Below the pieces are notes generated by a model. That model ran no database searches and was not told the DNA's origin. It saw only the letters and a list, made by a program, of their open reading frames with translations. Positions 11,091 through 23,263 of a stretch of 64,000 nt of DNA are shown here, in pieces (position 1 is the first letter of the stretch; each line of letters opens with the position of its first letter). The translations under genes and the position numbers were made by a program. Origin of the DNA: Neophaeotheca triangularis (Eukaryota); the NCBI GenBank assembly GCA_054600435.1, contig BAAIJX010000003.1, positions 372,001 to 436,000 on the forward strand, in the 5' to 3' direction.

Positions 11091-13439
11091 TTACTTCTTC
11101 TGCATAGCCCTCGGTCCCAAAATCTGCCTCCGCCCTCCCATATCAATCCCACTCCCACTCGAGCTCCCCAAACCCTTCCCCTGCCCATCGCCCCCTATAT
11201 AACCATACTGATTGACGTCCCAACTCTGGCCCTCACCCGGGCCTTGACTCAAGTCACGACTCAGGGTCTGGGATTCATGTTGTCGCGACTCCCACTCCTT
11301 TTGGCGTTCGCGTTCGCGTTCCATTTCGCGCTCAAGGAGGGATTTGGAATTTTGACTCGCGGCTTTGGTGAATTGTTGGGAGGCGATGCGAGAGTCGCGG
11401 AGGTTTTGTTGTTCCAACGAGGTGTCGCCTGCTTCGCGGGAGGAGGAGATGCGGGGACCAGAGGGCTGGTTTTGGGGAGTTGATGGATGGGAAGATGGTG
11501 TGCGCGAGAACGGGGAGGAGATGCGGGGACCCGGGGTATGTTGTTGTTGTTGTTGTTGTTGTGGCTGTTGCTGAGTTTGCGCCTGCGTTGGTTGCGGAGT
11601 TGAGGGTTGCGAGGACGGGGTGCGGGAGAAGGGGCTGGGCTTGAAAGGACTACCTGGTGGGCGTTTCTGCGAAGGCGTGAACGGTTCGTAAGTCTTCTCG
11701 GGCGTAGGCATCGGGCGGTTGGCGCTGCCTATAGGCGAGGAGTGGGGCGCGGAGGATGAGAGGGAGTTTGTAGAGTCAGAGGACTGCATATGTTGAGGAA
11801 GGTTCTGTGGAGGGCTCATCGGAGGGACTGGCTGTGCGATCCCTTCTTGCTCGTCTTCTTGTTCAGGCTCGGTGACGTGCGGCTGTAGGCGTGTGGGGGC
11901 GGGCTGTTCTGGTGGTACGCTCTCTGTCTCTGGTTTTGGAAGGGGCGGTGCACCTGCTTTGGTGTCCTTGGTTGGACCGTTCGTTTGGTTGTCGTGCCAG
12001 TGCTGCCGTAGATACTCTCGCTCATCGCCTGTCCAGCTCTTCTCGCTCTCCCTGGCGCTTCCCGGACGAGGGGTCTCCGTCCTCGAACTGTTTGGGCGTG
12101 AACGATCACTGCCTTGTCGCAGTCTCTCCTCACGCTCAATCTGATATTGCCGCTCCCTTTCTCGCGCTTCCTCCAACTGCTTCTCCAGTTCTTTCACCCT
12201 CCTCTGCTCGGGCGTTTCCTCGGAGCTATCTGTGCTCTTTGAATTACCCGACTGCTCCTTCTGCCACTGCGAAAGGTTCTGTCCTTTCAATATACTTGAG
12301 CTAGGCACACGCGGCTTCTCTGGAGGCTTCTTTAGACCACTTTGAGACATTGTCGCCTGCAACTCAGCATCCTCCTTCCGCCGCACATCCTCCTCTTCTT
12401 TCCACTTCTGCTCCTGAGCCTCCCACTGACGTTTCTGCTCGTCGAGCATTCTACGCTCGTCTTCGCGAATACGCCGTGTCTCATTCTCCCATCTTTGTTC
12501 TTCCGCAAGTCTCTCCCTTTCCTCTTCAGCCTCCCTCTCCACACGATGCTTATACTCGGCTTCTTCAGCCTCCTGCCGTAACCGTTGCTCTTCCGCCTCC
12601 TCTTCTCGTCGCTTCTTCTCCTTGCCGGCCTGATTAGGCACAGAAGGGGCTGCGCTTGTAATCTGCCTCCTGGCCCCAAAAGAAACACCCTGGTTTCCTT
12701 GACTGGCGCCTCCCATGTAGCCGTATTGGTGGATGTTCCACGCAGGGTTTGTGATACCCTCGTCGATGCGCTTGCTCCAGCTACTAACTGGACCAGGACT
12801 CTTCGGGCCGCCACCCTCCGTTTGCTGCGATCCGGTCGACCCGCCTGTGACCGAGGGAGTCATTGGTCGCGCAGATGGCATGGAGACAGAAGCCCGATTG
12901 GAACTCTGCGTGCTGCGGATGCTGGCGCTTTGCCTCCAGGGTGCTGCCCCGTTGGCGGTACCAACAGGACCGCCTCCCGTACTACTAGGTGAGATTGGAC
13001 CAGCCGCCGTCTTCGAGGGGCCTATGGTGGTGGGAAATCGGGAAGGATCGACTGCATTTGCGCGCCGGCTGAAGGCGCTCATACATTGCAAAACCTGCGC
13101 TGGGTCTTTTCCTTCGTACAAATCGACAGTCAAGAAGCGGTCGTGAGCCGGCATGTTCAATGGCGGCATCTCGCAAGCCTTGAGGAAATGGCTGATGTTT
13201 TCCATCTGGATGAAAGGCATGCTCATAGTCTTAAATTTGATACCCGGCGGAGGAAGCACCATGTTAGCCAATTTACATAGGACGATTCCGCTCTTCAAGA
13301 CGTCTAAGAGGTCGCCGGGTGGTAGAGAGTCTTCGAGAGTTGTTTCTATCCAGGTCCGAACCTCATTGGCAGCCTTTGGAGTATACCGAGACATGCGCAA
13401 GTTACGCATGTCCTGATCAAGAGACGAGACCGATGCCAT
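11091..13439 (-). CDS. calponin-homology/transgelin-like actin-binding protein with coiled coil and calponin-like repeats, 782 aa
   Basis: ATG at 13439 (MASVSSLDQD). CH domain (LKSGIVLCKLAN, PFIQMENISHFL, FLTVDLYEGKD); two calponin-like repeats (QYGYMGGASQG...FGARRQI and QYGYIGG...MGGRRQI); E/R-rich coiled coil. Confidence 0.88.
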   Translation of the reverse strand: MASVSSLDQDMRNLRMSRYTPKAANEVRTWIETTLEDSLPPGDLLDVLKSGIVLCKLANMVLPPPGIKFKTMSMPFIQMENISHFLKACEMPPLNMPAHDRFLTVDLYEGKDPAQVLQCMSAFSRRANAVDPSRFPTTIGPSKTAAGPISPSSTGGGPVGTANGAAPWRQSASIRSTQSSNRASVSMPSARPMTPSVTGGSTGSQQTEGGGPKSPGPVSSWSKRIDEGITNPAWNIHQYGYMGGASQGNQGVSFGARRQITSAAPSVPNQAGKEKKRREEEAEEQRLRQEAEEAEYKHRVEREAEEERERLAEEQRWENETRRIREDERRMLDEQKRQWEAQEQKWKEEEDVRRKEDAELQATMSQSGLKKPPEKPRVPSSSILKGQNLSQWQKEQSGNSKSTDSSEETPEQRRVKELEKQLEEARERERQYQIEREERLRQGSDRSRPNSSRTETPRPGSARESEKSWTGDEREYLRQHWHDNQTNGPTKDTKAGAPPLPKPETESVPPEQPAPTRLQPHVTEPEQEDEQEGIAQPVPPMSPPQNLPQHMQSSDSTNSLSSSAPHSSPIGSANRPMPTPEKTYEPFTPSQKRPPGSPFKPSPFSRTPSSQPSTPQPTQAQTQQQPQQQQQQQHTPGPRISSPFSRTPSSHPSTPQNQPSGPRISSSREAGDTSLEQQNLRDSRIASQQFTKAASQNSKSLLEREMERERERQKEWESRQHESQTLSRDLSQGPGEGQSWDVNQYGYIGGDGQGKGLGSSSGSGIDMGGRRQILGPRAMQKK

Positions 13440-13967
13440 GGTGAAAGAAATGAAATCTGAGAGCAGCCCTGCAATGGTGATGAGAAGGGTGTAGTGGTTG
13501 GTTGTGATTACTATTGTATTGTCCGCTGCGAGTCTACATATTCGGGCGGTATCGATAAACTTCGCGGTTGTTGTTGTTTGGGATGACGAAAGACGCCCGG
13601 CCGCCGGGTAGTGGCGCAGGACAGCAGGCGGAGGCACGTGGCTCGGGTTTCCATGCAAGTCCCTCCCGCGTCTTGGCACTGCCTTCGTCTGCTTTCTGTG
13701 ACAAGTCTTGCCGCCGCGTAGACTCGCCCGCCGTCGACGACCTTCCATGCCAGAACAAAGAAGAAGACGTCTTCACCCACGACCTTCGTTCGTCCTTGTG
13801 AACACAACAAGTCTTCGCCAACTTTATCTATCGCACGCTCACCGCTTCAGCCAACCGAAGCAACAACACTCATCGTGGTAGCTTCACGACAAGCTAAGCC
13901 CACAGGCCCACTAGCGGTCAACATCATTAATACCACCACTTGTCACCAGCAACATCCGAAACCTGGT

Positions 13968-14942
13968 ATGGATTCAATGAGACACCTTTCCACATCACTC
14001 CCCACGCCTTCAACACGCCAACGTGGGGAGCAGCAACAGCAACCTCCACAGCAACCTCCACAGCAAGCACAGGATCTTGGCTCAGCTTTTCGTTCCGCCG
14101 CCCTTTCCGTGACTAACCTTTACAAAACTGCCGCGGCAGAGCAGTCCAAGGCACGAAGTACAGGTTACCAAGACGCGCTCGACGACCTCCTGCACTTTCT
14201 GGACGAGCGAGACATAGGCTTGGACGATGGCGAGGGTTGGCGCATTCGACAATGGGCGACGGAGAGGTTAGAAGGGCAGAGCGTGGGCACCAATGGCAGT
14301 GAGGAAGATGAGCAGGAGATGGGAACGGAGAGCAGAAGCAGTTCGCCGGAGGCACAGAGGAAACCAGCAGCAGCGGCACCGCCACAGGTGTCCGGCGAGG
14401 CTGGGGGAGGGGAGCGTACACCACCCTACAAGGACACAAACACAGTCGTAAGGTCCAGCCCGCAACCGCAGTCCCTCCCTCAAAGAGCATCTCCCCAACA
14501 GGCACCACAATTTCAACCATATAACCCGCCTACCGACCAGTTTACATTTCGAAGCTCCCATTCGTATCCCTCCAACAACTTCGAAAGGGAAAATACCTCC
14601 CTTACGCCAGACACCGCCAACACAATAACAGCAGACACCGACATGACTGCCTCTGCTGCGAATTCCATTGCAAACTCAGCCGCCGATTCCGTGCGTATTG
14701 TCCCGCGGCCAAGACAACGACATCAACACCGTCGTGGCTTCAAGAACGGGAACCGCGAATCTGTACCAACCCCTCAAACTCTCAATCTCAATCTAGGCAG
14801 TGGAGCGGGTAGTAAGCGCAAGATGCCTTTGCCGGATATTTTCGATATTCCTGGGTTCGACTTTGACGGGGCTGGGAGGGACCGCGATGGTAAGGATGAT
14901 GGGAGGGGAAGTAGAGGTGGGAAGAGGGGGAGGTTTGTCTGA
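13968..14942 (+). CDS. conserved hypothetical protein, probably HAPSTR1/TAPR1 (DUF4588)-like
   Basis: ATG at 13968. N-terminal helix AFRSAALSVTNLYKTA...GYQDALDDLL resembles that family; disordered tail with a basic C-terminus (SKRK...GKRGRF). Confidence 0.65.
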   Translation: MDSMRHLSTSLPTPSTRQRGEQQQQPPQQPPQQAQDLGSAFRSAALSVTNLYKTAAAEQSKARSTGYQDALDDLLHFLDERDIGLDDGEGWRIRQWATERLEGQSVGTNGSEEDEQEMGTESRSSSPEAQRKPAAAAPPQVSGEAGGGERTPPYKDTNTVVRSSPQPQSLPQRASPQQAPQFQPYNPPTDQFTFRSSHSYPSNNFERENTSLTPDTANTITADTDMTASAANSIANSAADSVRIVPRPRQRHQHRRGFKNGNRESVPTPQTLNLNLGSGAGSKRKMPLPDIFDIPGFDFDGAGRDRDGKDDGRGSRGGKRGRFV

Positions 14943-16397
14943 GTGGATGGGGCTGTACAGATGGGGGGAGCGGGTTTTGAGGGAACGAGTGGTGGAGGGA
15001 ATGAGTGGTGGAAGTTGAGATGCTCCATGCTGATGCAGCTGGAAAAGCTCAAACGGCCCAGGAATGATTTAAAGGTCATGTGGAAGAGACCGGCGTTGCA
15101 TTGCATTGCATGTTGTTTGCGCAAAGCGTGTGCGCTTGTCCAGCGATGGAGTTGGTGGTCATATCGTTCAGTCAATACCCCGAAAGAAGCGAAAGTTAGT
15201 TTTACGATGCTACGTTCCTATGCAGCCGCGACGCCGATTTCCAAAAGAAATCACTTCCGTCTTTGAGAGGTGTCTATATAGAGTTTAATATGCTAGCCAT
15301 GTCAATACTCAGTACGCATTCAAGGGCCCTTGTCTTGCTGCTTTACCGTGATCGGCACCTCGACCCACGCCGAAATTTCGCCAGATGTCACCTACCCCGA
15401 AACTCGAACATGTCAAGATGCGGACGGTGGAAGCTTGGTCAGGACAACGTGTCTCGTAATCTCATTCCAAGGTTCTTTTCATCTATTCGAGACTAGGTAC
15501 GTCGGCACTTTGCACGCTATTACTTTGCCCCTCCTGAGTCCTGACCTCGTGGACACCTAAATGAGTGTAGACTTTGGGCGCTTCTGGGGGCGACATGCTG
15601 TAATTGGGTACTAAGCCGTAGCGAGCTACTCCTATGTCACCAAATGTCACCGTCCTCTGGAACAGTGTTGCCGATCAGGGCGTTTGTGGTGCGGAGGAAA
15701 AAAGGTTCCCGTGTGCTGGTTGTGTTCCAGCGTGACATTGTTCGACGACGGCCACTGACGGCGTGCTCCCCTGACCGATCGAGGGCAGAGTAAAAGTACC
15801 GAAAGAGATGCGTGTCAAGGCTGATCGCTGTGAACAAAAGCAGTAGCGTGTCGTCTTACGCTGGCGTCATTTATCTGTGTACAATACCGGGGGAATAGTA
15901 TCGTGTGAGACGGGACATTGATCACATTGACGGCGAAAGTTGAAACAGCGTGGCCCGTTCGTCATGGGATAGGAGACCGCGAGAAGCTTCGATCGTGTGC
16001 CGATTCATTTACCTACACGGGCAGGACGGATGAGGCGCACCAGATAGAACGCTTGGGCTCGGAGCGTTCTGTCTGGTCTACTGGTACGGCCTTCAGAGTG
16101 GCCCGGCGTTGGACCCTACACGACCCTACTCGGCCCTACTGGTATCAAAGGGCTCGCAGTCTCGCACCGCTCGAGTCAACCCGCAGCAAACCATGCAGGG
16201 CTAGTATAACTCTACCACTCCCGCCATCACAAACATACATATATCAAGTTACATCGAGGTGGGACTCCGCCCTCTCTTTCTTCCTCTCTCTAGACACTCA
16301 GGATAAATACCAGGAGACAGGTCTCCTTGCTTCGCTCGTTGCTATTCCCCATCTTTCCATTGCATTCACCTCCTTCGGGACTATTCTCTTCTCAAAA

Positions 16398-17438
16398 ATG
16401 CTCTTCACCAACATTTTGGCCTCTGTGGCCGCCTTTACAGGCTTCGCCATGGCTCAATCCGACCCTCTCCCTTGCTCGGGTATCTGCGTCAACAGCCACG
16501 ACCCTACACTGATTCGCCGTGAAAGCGACGGTCTCTATTTCCGCTTCTCGACCGGTGGTCGCATACCCGTCTTCACGGCTCCCGAGATTACCGGCCCTTG
16601 GTCTGAGGTCGGTACCGTCCTTGATGGCCCAGCTGCTATCGACAACAGCGGCCGTAACGACGCCTGGGCCCCTGACGTCCAAAACGTCGACGGAACCTAC
16701 TACCTCTACTACTCAGTCTCGGACTTCGGAACTTCTAACAGCGCCATCGGTGTTGCCACTTCTCCTAACATGGAGCCCGGCAGCTGGCAAGACCACGGCA
16801 GCACAGGGGTCGAGTCCCAGGAAGGCGGTCGCTACAACGCCATTGACGGCAACCTCCTCGTCACGGACAACGCTTATGTCTTCACCTTCGGTTCCTTCTG
16901 GGACGGTATCCAGCAAACCACCCTGACCGGCGATGCTCTCCAGTGGTTCGGCGACGAGCCCGTCCAAGTCGCTCAATACCCCGAAACCACCGCCGTCGAG
17001 GGCCCCTACCTTTTCCAGAACGGTGACTACTACTACCTCTTCTGGTCCCAGGGCAAGTGCTGCAACTACGTCGACGAGCGTCCCGCCCCTGGTGACGAGT
17101 ACAAGATCATGGCCTGCCGCAGCACCTCTGAGTTCGGTCCCTTTGTAAGTTCCTCTTCACCGTCTCAACCTCTCACCTTCACTTTCATCAACACCACTGA
17201 CACACCACCACAGGAGGACGCCAACGGCAACGCTTGCACTGGGAACGGCGGCACCCTCGTCCTCGGCTCGCATGGCCACGTCTACGGCCCTGGTGGCCAA
17301 GGTGTCTACCGCGACCCCTCGTCCGGTGACACTTACCTCTATTACCACTACGTCGACACCAACGTTGGCTACGACGATGGTCAGAAGCAGCTCGGTGTCA
17401 ACGTTATTGACTGGAGCTCTGGCTGGCCTCGCGTTTAA
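16398..17438 (+). CDS. abnA: secreted GH43 endo-1,5-alpha-L-arabinanase
   Basis: Signal peptide MLFTNILASVAAFTGFAMA; GH43 motifs HDPT, WAPDV, YYLYYSVS, NAIDG, FGSFW, EGPY, GPGGQ. Intron 17145-17213 (GTAAGT...CTGAC...CAG). Confidence 0.92.
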   Translation: MLFTNILASVAAFTGFAMAQSDPLPCSGICVNSHDPTLIRRESDGLYFRFSTGGRIPVFTAPEITGPWSEVGTVLDGPAAIDNSGRNDAWAPDVQNVDGTYYLYYSVSDFGTSNSAIGVATSPNMEPGSWQDHGSTGVESQEGGRYNAIDGNLLVTDNAYVFTFGSFWDGIQQTTLTGDALQWFGDEPVQVAQYPETTAVEGPYLFQNGDYYYLFWSQGKCCNYVDERPAPGDEYKIMACRSTSEFGPFVSSSSPSQPLTFTFINTTDTPPQEDANGNACTGNGGTLVLGSHGHVYGPGGQGVYRDPSSGDTYLYYHYVDTNVGYDDGQKQLGVNVIDWSSGWPRV

Positions 17439-17935
17439 GCGAGCGATTCAATGTTGAACCCCGAAAAATGGGGAGCGATTGAGAAAGCAGAAACTTTTGC
17501 TGGATTGGAGAGATTCGGGGCGATTCAAGATGCAGGCAGCTGGTCTGCCGTTTTGTTGGAGTGTGTAGCAACTTTCGTATCAAAGTGAAAATTGGTCCTG
17601 TGTTGGCCTCTAAACCATACAAGTCGCGTCATTTTGGTGTCACACCTGAGGACTGACGTCAAACCAGGACCCTTATATAAACATGAACCGTCGCGTCTGA
17701 TCAGTGTAAACACAAGGTACTAAACAGTCGACAGCTGTTTTCCGTCGCTCATCTGAGCCTCGGATGTCAGGAGTAGCAAGGGTCGTTATCAAAAGTCGAA
17801 ATGCGGAGAACGGAAGCGCTAGGATCGTGTTGGTATCGGGCCCACCATCTGCATCCGTCTTCCATCGGTTTGTGTCAAACGGATGCAGTGATGCACCACG
17901 TAGACAATCACTTCCAAGTTTCTGTTGACGCGAGC

Positions 17936-20126
17936 ATGGATACCAGCCAACCGTCTCGTGCTCGGATAGCGAATGCATGTCAGCGATGCAAAGACAGGAA
18001 AATCAGGTGCAATGGTAAACCTGCCTCTCGCTTGGGTCTCGTGACAATGTCTGACTCCAGGCCATATGTGTAGGGTCCCAGCCATGTAGCAACTGCAACA
18101 AACGATCTCAAGCATGCCATTACCCTCCCGAACGCCAACGCAAAAGACGCCATTCTGATGACGAACCGGATACTCTGGCCGATCCTGGTACACACCAAAG
18201 CCGGAACCGGGTTCCTTCGCCGGACCTACAGAGTGTAGCTCACAGAAACCCGACCCCGTTTCCAGACAGGCCTCGACAGAACATATCGGATCCGCCTGGC
18301 GAGGACGAAACGGAGGTACAACGAGAGGCACGACTTCTGCAGGACGATCGAGGAAAACTGGTCTTCATTGGTGACTGCGCACCACTTTCCTTCTTCCAAT
18401 CCGTCAAGAACTTGATCACGGCACATGTTGAAGCGGACGCTTTCCCTTCGGAATTATACTCAGTTTCCGTGATTGCCAATGCGAGATCTCAGTCTCCAGA
18501 TGTGGCGCGCAGCCAAACTCCTCCGACGGTGAAAGTCGAAGCAGTTACAACCCATTTACAAAAATATCACTTCGCCACTCGCGGAGTCGTACACTTGTTC
18601 AACGAATATCTCGACACAGAACTCATATCATGGGCAATTACAACTGCACCTCGATCAGATTCCACGGCTATAGTTTTCTACCTGGTCCTAGCAATCGGCG
18701 CTCAGGATCGTGACAAGGACCTGGCTCGAGCGTACTTTCAACATTCTTTCGAAAAAGCCTTCATGGGCCTTACCAGTGAAATGAGCATCGGTACAGTCCA
18801 AGCTTTTGTTCTTATTGCTGTTTACATGCTTAGGGCAGGTCAGACCAACGGCGCCTTCTTGTTCTTTGCTACCGCCGTACGAGCCGGCTATACCCTTGGC
18901 CTGCAAAGACACGAAGTCAACAAGAAGTTCGAACAGATAGTGTGCATACAGCGTGAAAACGTCTGGATGAGTTTGCGTGTCCTCGACCTCTACCTGAGCT
19001 GCATGCTTGGCAGACCACCAGCAACTTCTGATGTCGATTGTTCTGTGATTTACGCCATGGAGCAAGCGTTGATCAACGCCTCAGCACAGATCACCGTAGT
19101 ACTGGAGAAGGTTGTCGTCGAGGTCTTCAGCAGGCGGAAAATATCCATCGAGATGACGGAGGGCATCTCGCGTGAGTTGCGGCATTGGGCTGACACATGG
19201 CTTCAGACACTGCACAGTCGCATCTCTACCGGTGATGACGATATCGATCCTCCCGAGGCCACAGGTGCTTGTCAGGTCATTGCGACTTATTACTACGCCG
19301 TTATGTTGATATCACGACCTTTCCTCATGTATGAAGCACGACGAAGGTTATCCGCGATGGATAGACAGCACTACAGATTCTTCACGTCTTTAACAACGGG
19401 ACGGTCCAAACTCGCAGATGCTTGCATTGACTCAGCGTGTCTGATGACTGAGCTCATCGGCAGTCATCTGAACGACGGCATACTAGCTGGATCACTGCCT
19501 CTTTTAACGTATGTAAAGCCCTCACAATCATGACAAGAAGCTTACTAATGAATAGCACCAGATCCTGGGTATTCACGAGTTCGCTCACTCAAGGCGTGGG
19601 CCTTGCAGCCGGCTTCGGCAGAGCTCTAGACAAAACAATGCAAAAGTCCATCCAAGCCCTCGAGTACTTTGCCCAATTCGACGACCACGCCAAACAATAC
19701 GCCAAAATCTCCACAGGCCTGCTGAGGTACGCCCGCACGCACCTCGAGAGGCAGGACGAGCGAGAACAAACCCAACGAGCCGAAAGCAGCACCAAGCTCT
19801 TCGGCCTAGTACCAAAAGGCCCCGACGTCCCTGTCGACAGCACACACGAACTCTCTCTCGGCCGCGCTATGACTGAGACTTTCAAAATCCATCACGCTGC
19901 TGGTGTTTACGACAATCGTCCCACTGCCGCTAATGGGCTCAGTACCCCCGAAAGACAGCATAACATGTTCCCCGTCGCTGGCGCGCCGGATCATACGCTG
20001 GACATGTCGTTTTTTGAGGGATTCCCGGTTCCCAATGATCCGAGTGACATTGATTGGGAGAGTGTGAACTTGTTCAGGTGGTTGGACGATGCTGGACTGG
20101 ATGGGGCGCATCATTTTGGCGGCTGA
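17936..20126 (+). CDS. Zn(II)2Cys6 transcription factor with fungal-specific TF domain
   Basis: Exons 17936-18014, 18074-19508, 19562-20126. Spliced binuclear cluster ACQRCKDRKIRCNGSQPCSNC...C; middle homology region LGLQR...RENVWMSLRVLDLYLSCMLGRP. Confidence 0.9.
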
Positions 20127-21144
20127 GGGATGATAAGCCTCTGTAGCCAGGTCTTACAAAATGAGACTGGGGAGCTCAGACGTCTCGGGTTGGCAACGAC
20201 ATTTGCAGCATCGTGGCACGATCTCAGAGCCAGTTGCATCGGCGTCGTGTATAAGTGTATTGAAATCCACCTGGAACGCACACAACCACGACTCTCTAGC
20301 GAAGTATCCAGCTTCTCGGCCACTGCAGACTAGAGTCTCGCTCTCGCACAGGGTAATGGCCGCCGTCGGCCGCCACACACGAGTTGCTGGAGCGTGGAGA
20401 GCGGCCATGGCCACCCTGCTGCAGGAGAACCTATTTGTCTGACCTTCAAACACCCCCGGTGTCCGGCCCAAACGACACAATCTGGGAAACAGTACCGAAA
20501 CCTCGGATGGAGCTCGAGGCCTCTACGCTGCTCGACTGTGACCAAGTCCCGGGCCCGGGGTGTTGAAGCGACCGTCAGCGAGCTGTCGTATACTTCCACC
20601 CACCATAGACCTCCGTGGTATAGAGTCAGCTTCATGCGAAGGGACCTACGGCTATACGAGCGCGAGCAAGGAACTAAAGCCGTTAATACGATTGCAGGGA
20701 CCGAACGCTAACTGTCAAGAGCGGTGGCATCGACTTGCGCTCCAGCGTCGCAACTTTCATGAGAGGTGTGCATGCACAATACAGGACCGATGCAAGTTTA
20801 CTTAAACGCTGCTTTCCCTTCCTTGGAAAATTGTGTCCAGTCGGGGAGGGCACCCTCGTCATCTCGTGTTCTTATGAGAAGTGTTAGGTAGCTTTCAGTG
20901 TAGGATCCATCTGTGTAACTGTGTTGCCCGAATGATTTGGCAACCTTTAGACTTTGCACTTGTATAAGCTGCCTAGGTAGGCTATTCCAACAATAAGCAG
21001 ATACTCAATGGATTTTAAAAAACCAATCATTACAACGCCTTTGCCCCTCCTGGTACACAGCTCAACTAGACAATCAGAATGCGGAGCTATTCCAGAGTGG
21101 TATCATGAACATTATTAAAGTGCTACAAATCCCTCCTACCACCG

Positions 21145-22694
21145 CTACATCTGCAGACCTTTCCGGAAATGCTGCATGAACCAGTAAACGTCCTCAAAAG
21201 TGCAGTACAGCGCCACAGGAGCCACACGCACCACGCCCGGCTTGCGTTTATCGCAACATACACCCCCATCGACCAAACACTGGCTCACACCATCCATCAG
21301 CTCTTCCCTAAGCAGCACACTCAACTGCGTGCCCCTCTGGTGCGGGTCGCGGGGCGTGATGATTCTGAATGGCGGTTCCGCGGCTTTGGACTCTGCCAAT
21401 ATGCCGTCGAGCAAGTGCTCGGCGTAAGCGGTCAGGAGGAGCGACTTGGAGCGCAGCTCGCGCATGCTGGTTTGCTCAAAGACGGACAGCGAAGCCAGCA
21501 ACGAGCTCAGATCTATGGCCGATGGGTTGCTCAGCTGGAAACCTGCCGCGCCTGGGCTGGGTTTGAACTTGTTGTCCATGAGGAAGCGCGACTCCTTGGC
21601 GTGGCCGTACCAGCCCTCGAGGCGGTGGCGGAATTGCGGCGACTCGGGCCCTTGGCTGTAGTCGACTTTGCCGTGGCGCTCGTGGATGAAGGCGCCGGCG
21701 ATGGAGCCCGGGCCGGCGTTCATGTATTTGTAAGTGCAGAAGCAGGCGAAGTCGGCGTTCCAGTCGTGGAGTTTGAGTTCTACGTTTCCTGCGGCGTGGG
21801 CGAGGTCCCAGCCGATCAGGAGACCTTTGTCGTGGGCGTGTTTGGTGATGGTGGGGATGTCGAGGAGCTGGCCGCTGTAGTATTGGATTCCCGGGAGCAG
21901 GATCAGGGCGGTTTCTTCGGCGTGCTCGTCGATGGTTTGGAGGATCAGCTCTGTCGACATGATGTGGTCTTTGTCCGGTTGGATCTGCACCATGGAGTTC
22001 TTGGGGTCCAGGCCGTGCCATTGAATTTGGGACTCGATGACATAGTGGTCGCTGGGGAAAGGTTTCCATTCGAGGATCACCTTGTGCTTCTTCTCCGTCG
22101 GCCGATAGAAGCTCGCCATCATGAGGTGCAGATTTACGGAGAGTGTGTTCATGATGACGATCTCGCTCTCCTTGGCGCCTAGGATGTCGGTCGATTTCTT
22201 TGCGCAGGCTTCTGCGAGGTCTTGCCATGGAGTTAAAGGCGATTGGTCGAACTCGGAGAAATGACCACCAACACCCACGGAAGCCCAAGTCTCGAGCTGA
22301 GCGTCAATGTATCTTCTGACGGCCTTTGGCTGGGCTCCCAGTGAGTTTCCGACGAAGTAAATTGCCGTCTGGTCATCTTCATTGGAGGTTTCACTGTGAT
22401 GATGGCCATTTGTCCCGTTTGTAAGCTGTGTCGATTTGCTTGTGCCGTCTGAGTGGCGTTGTCAGTGAGGCCGCAACTGTGTTCCATTCTACCAGAATAA
22501 TACTGACTTGGTATGCGGCCATCGAGGGCTTTCTTCTTCAGCGAGCCTTTTGTAGGCAACACAAATTGCTCTCGCAGCTGGCTGAGCTTGTCTTGCTCGT
22601 CTAGTTTCTTCGCGTAATCTTGGGAGTTGGCATTGCCTTTGAACTGTGTGCGGCCGCTCGCTCTCAGCTCCTCCTGCATGCTCTGATAGTCCAT
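21145..22694 (-). CDS. BNA5: kynureninase (PLP-dependent)
   Basis: Exons 22694-22508 and 22448-21145; intron GTCAGT...CTGAC...CAG. Motifs YFVGNSLGAQPK, MNTLSVNLHLMM, FPSDHY, GWDLAHAAGN, CTYKYMNAGPG (PLP Lys), SNP, RGTQLS. Confidence 0.93.
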
Positions 22695-23263
22695 TGTGAG
22701 GCGATTGTATGTGTGGCGTCGCAGATGTGTGTCGAGCTGTGCGATGAATGGTGAGTGATGTCAGGTGAAGATGATGAGAAGCATTCAACACGCTCAAGCG
22801 GTCGCCGAGACTTATATGCGTCTTTCTAGAGGTAATTCTCGGTCGAGATTGTCTGGAAAGCCTAACGTTGACGTTATCCGAGCTGGACGAAAGAAGAAGG
22901 TCGGCTCAAGCTGTGCCCTGGCCTGCCCGCCCTTTGTTAACATCCGCCATCCGTCCCGAGTCTGCCATCCGCTGTCCGTCATCCGTCTCCGACCTCAACC
23001 CTTTCAGCGCAATCTCTTAACAGTACGCCCAAGATTTACTTGCAAATCCATCATGCCACCACTAGTTATCAGTCTACCATTGTTCTTACCGTATTGAAAT
23101 CAAGAATTACCAGCCTTATGACCCACTTCGCCTAGTAGTCCTAACGAGTCTCGTAAAGATCTCTTTTCATCCGTTCCGACGACCTTACCAACGGTAGGTT
23201 CAAAAGGCATTGCTTGTCCCACGACAACAACGCCTTCACATTTCATCGTCGTTATTCTCAATC
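22695..23263. promoter_or_regulatory. bidirectional promoter of the kynureninase/IDO pair, with a CCG direct-repeat array
   Basis: 569 bp between divergent ATGs. CCG triplets at 22944, 22951, 22956, 22969, 22976, 22983, 22989, mostly on a 7-nt period. Confidence 0.55.

Noticed and set aside
15918..16397. 160-codon N-terminal extension of the arabinanase ORF (similar extensions on IFRD, calponin-like and FMO ORFs)
   Set aside because: Mostly non-ATG starts or promoter-like sequence; the signal peptide or conserved N-terminus begins at the downstream ATG.
21169..22182. 337-aa ORF antisense to kynureninase (also 3318-4145, 49459-50223, 47836-48753, 61139-61870)
   Set aside because: Shadow ORFs expected from high GC3 codon bias of the real genes; no recognisable motifs.
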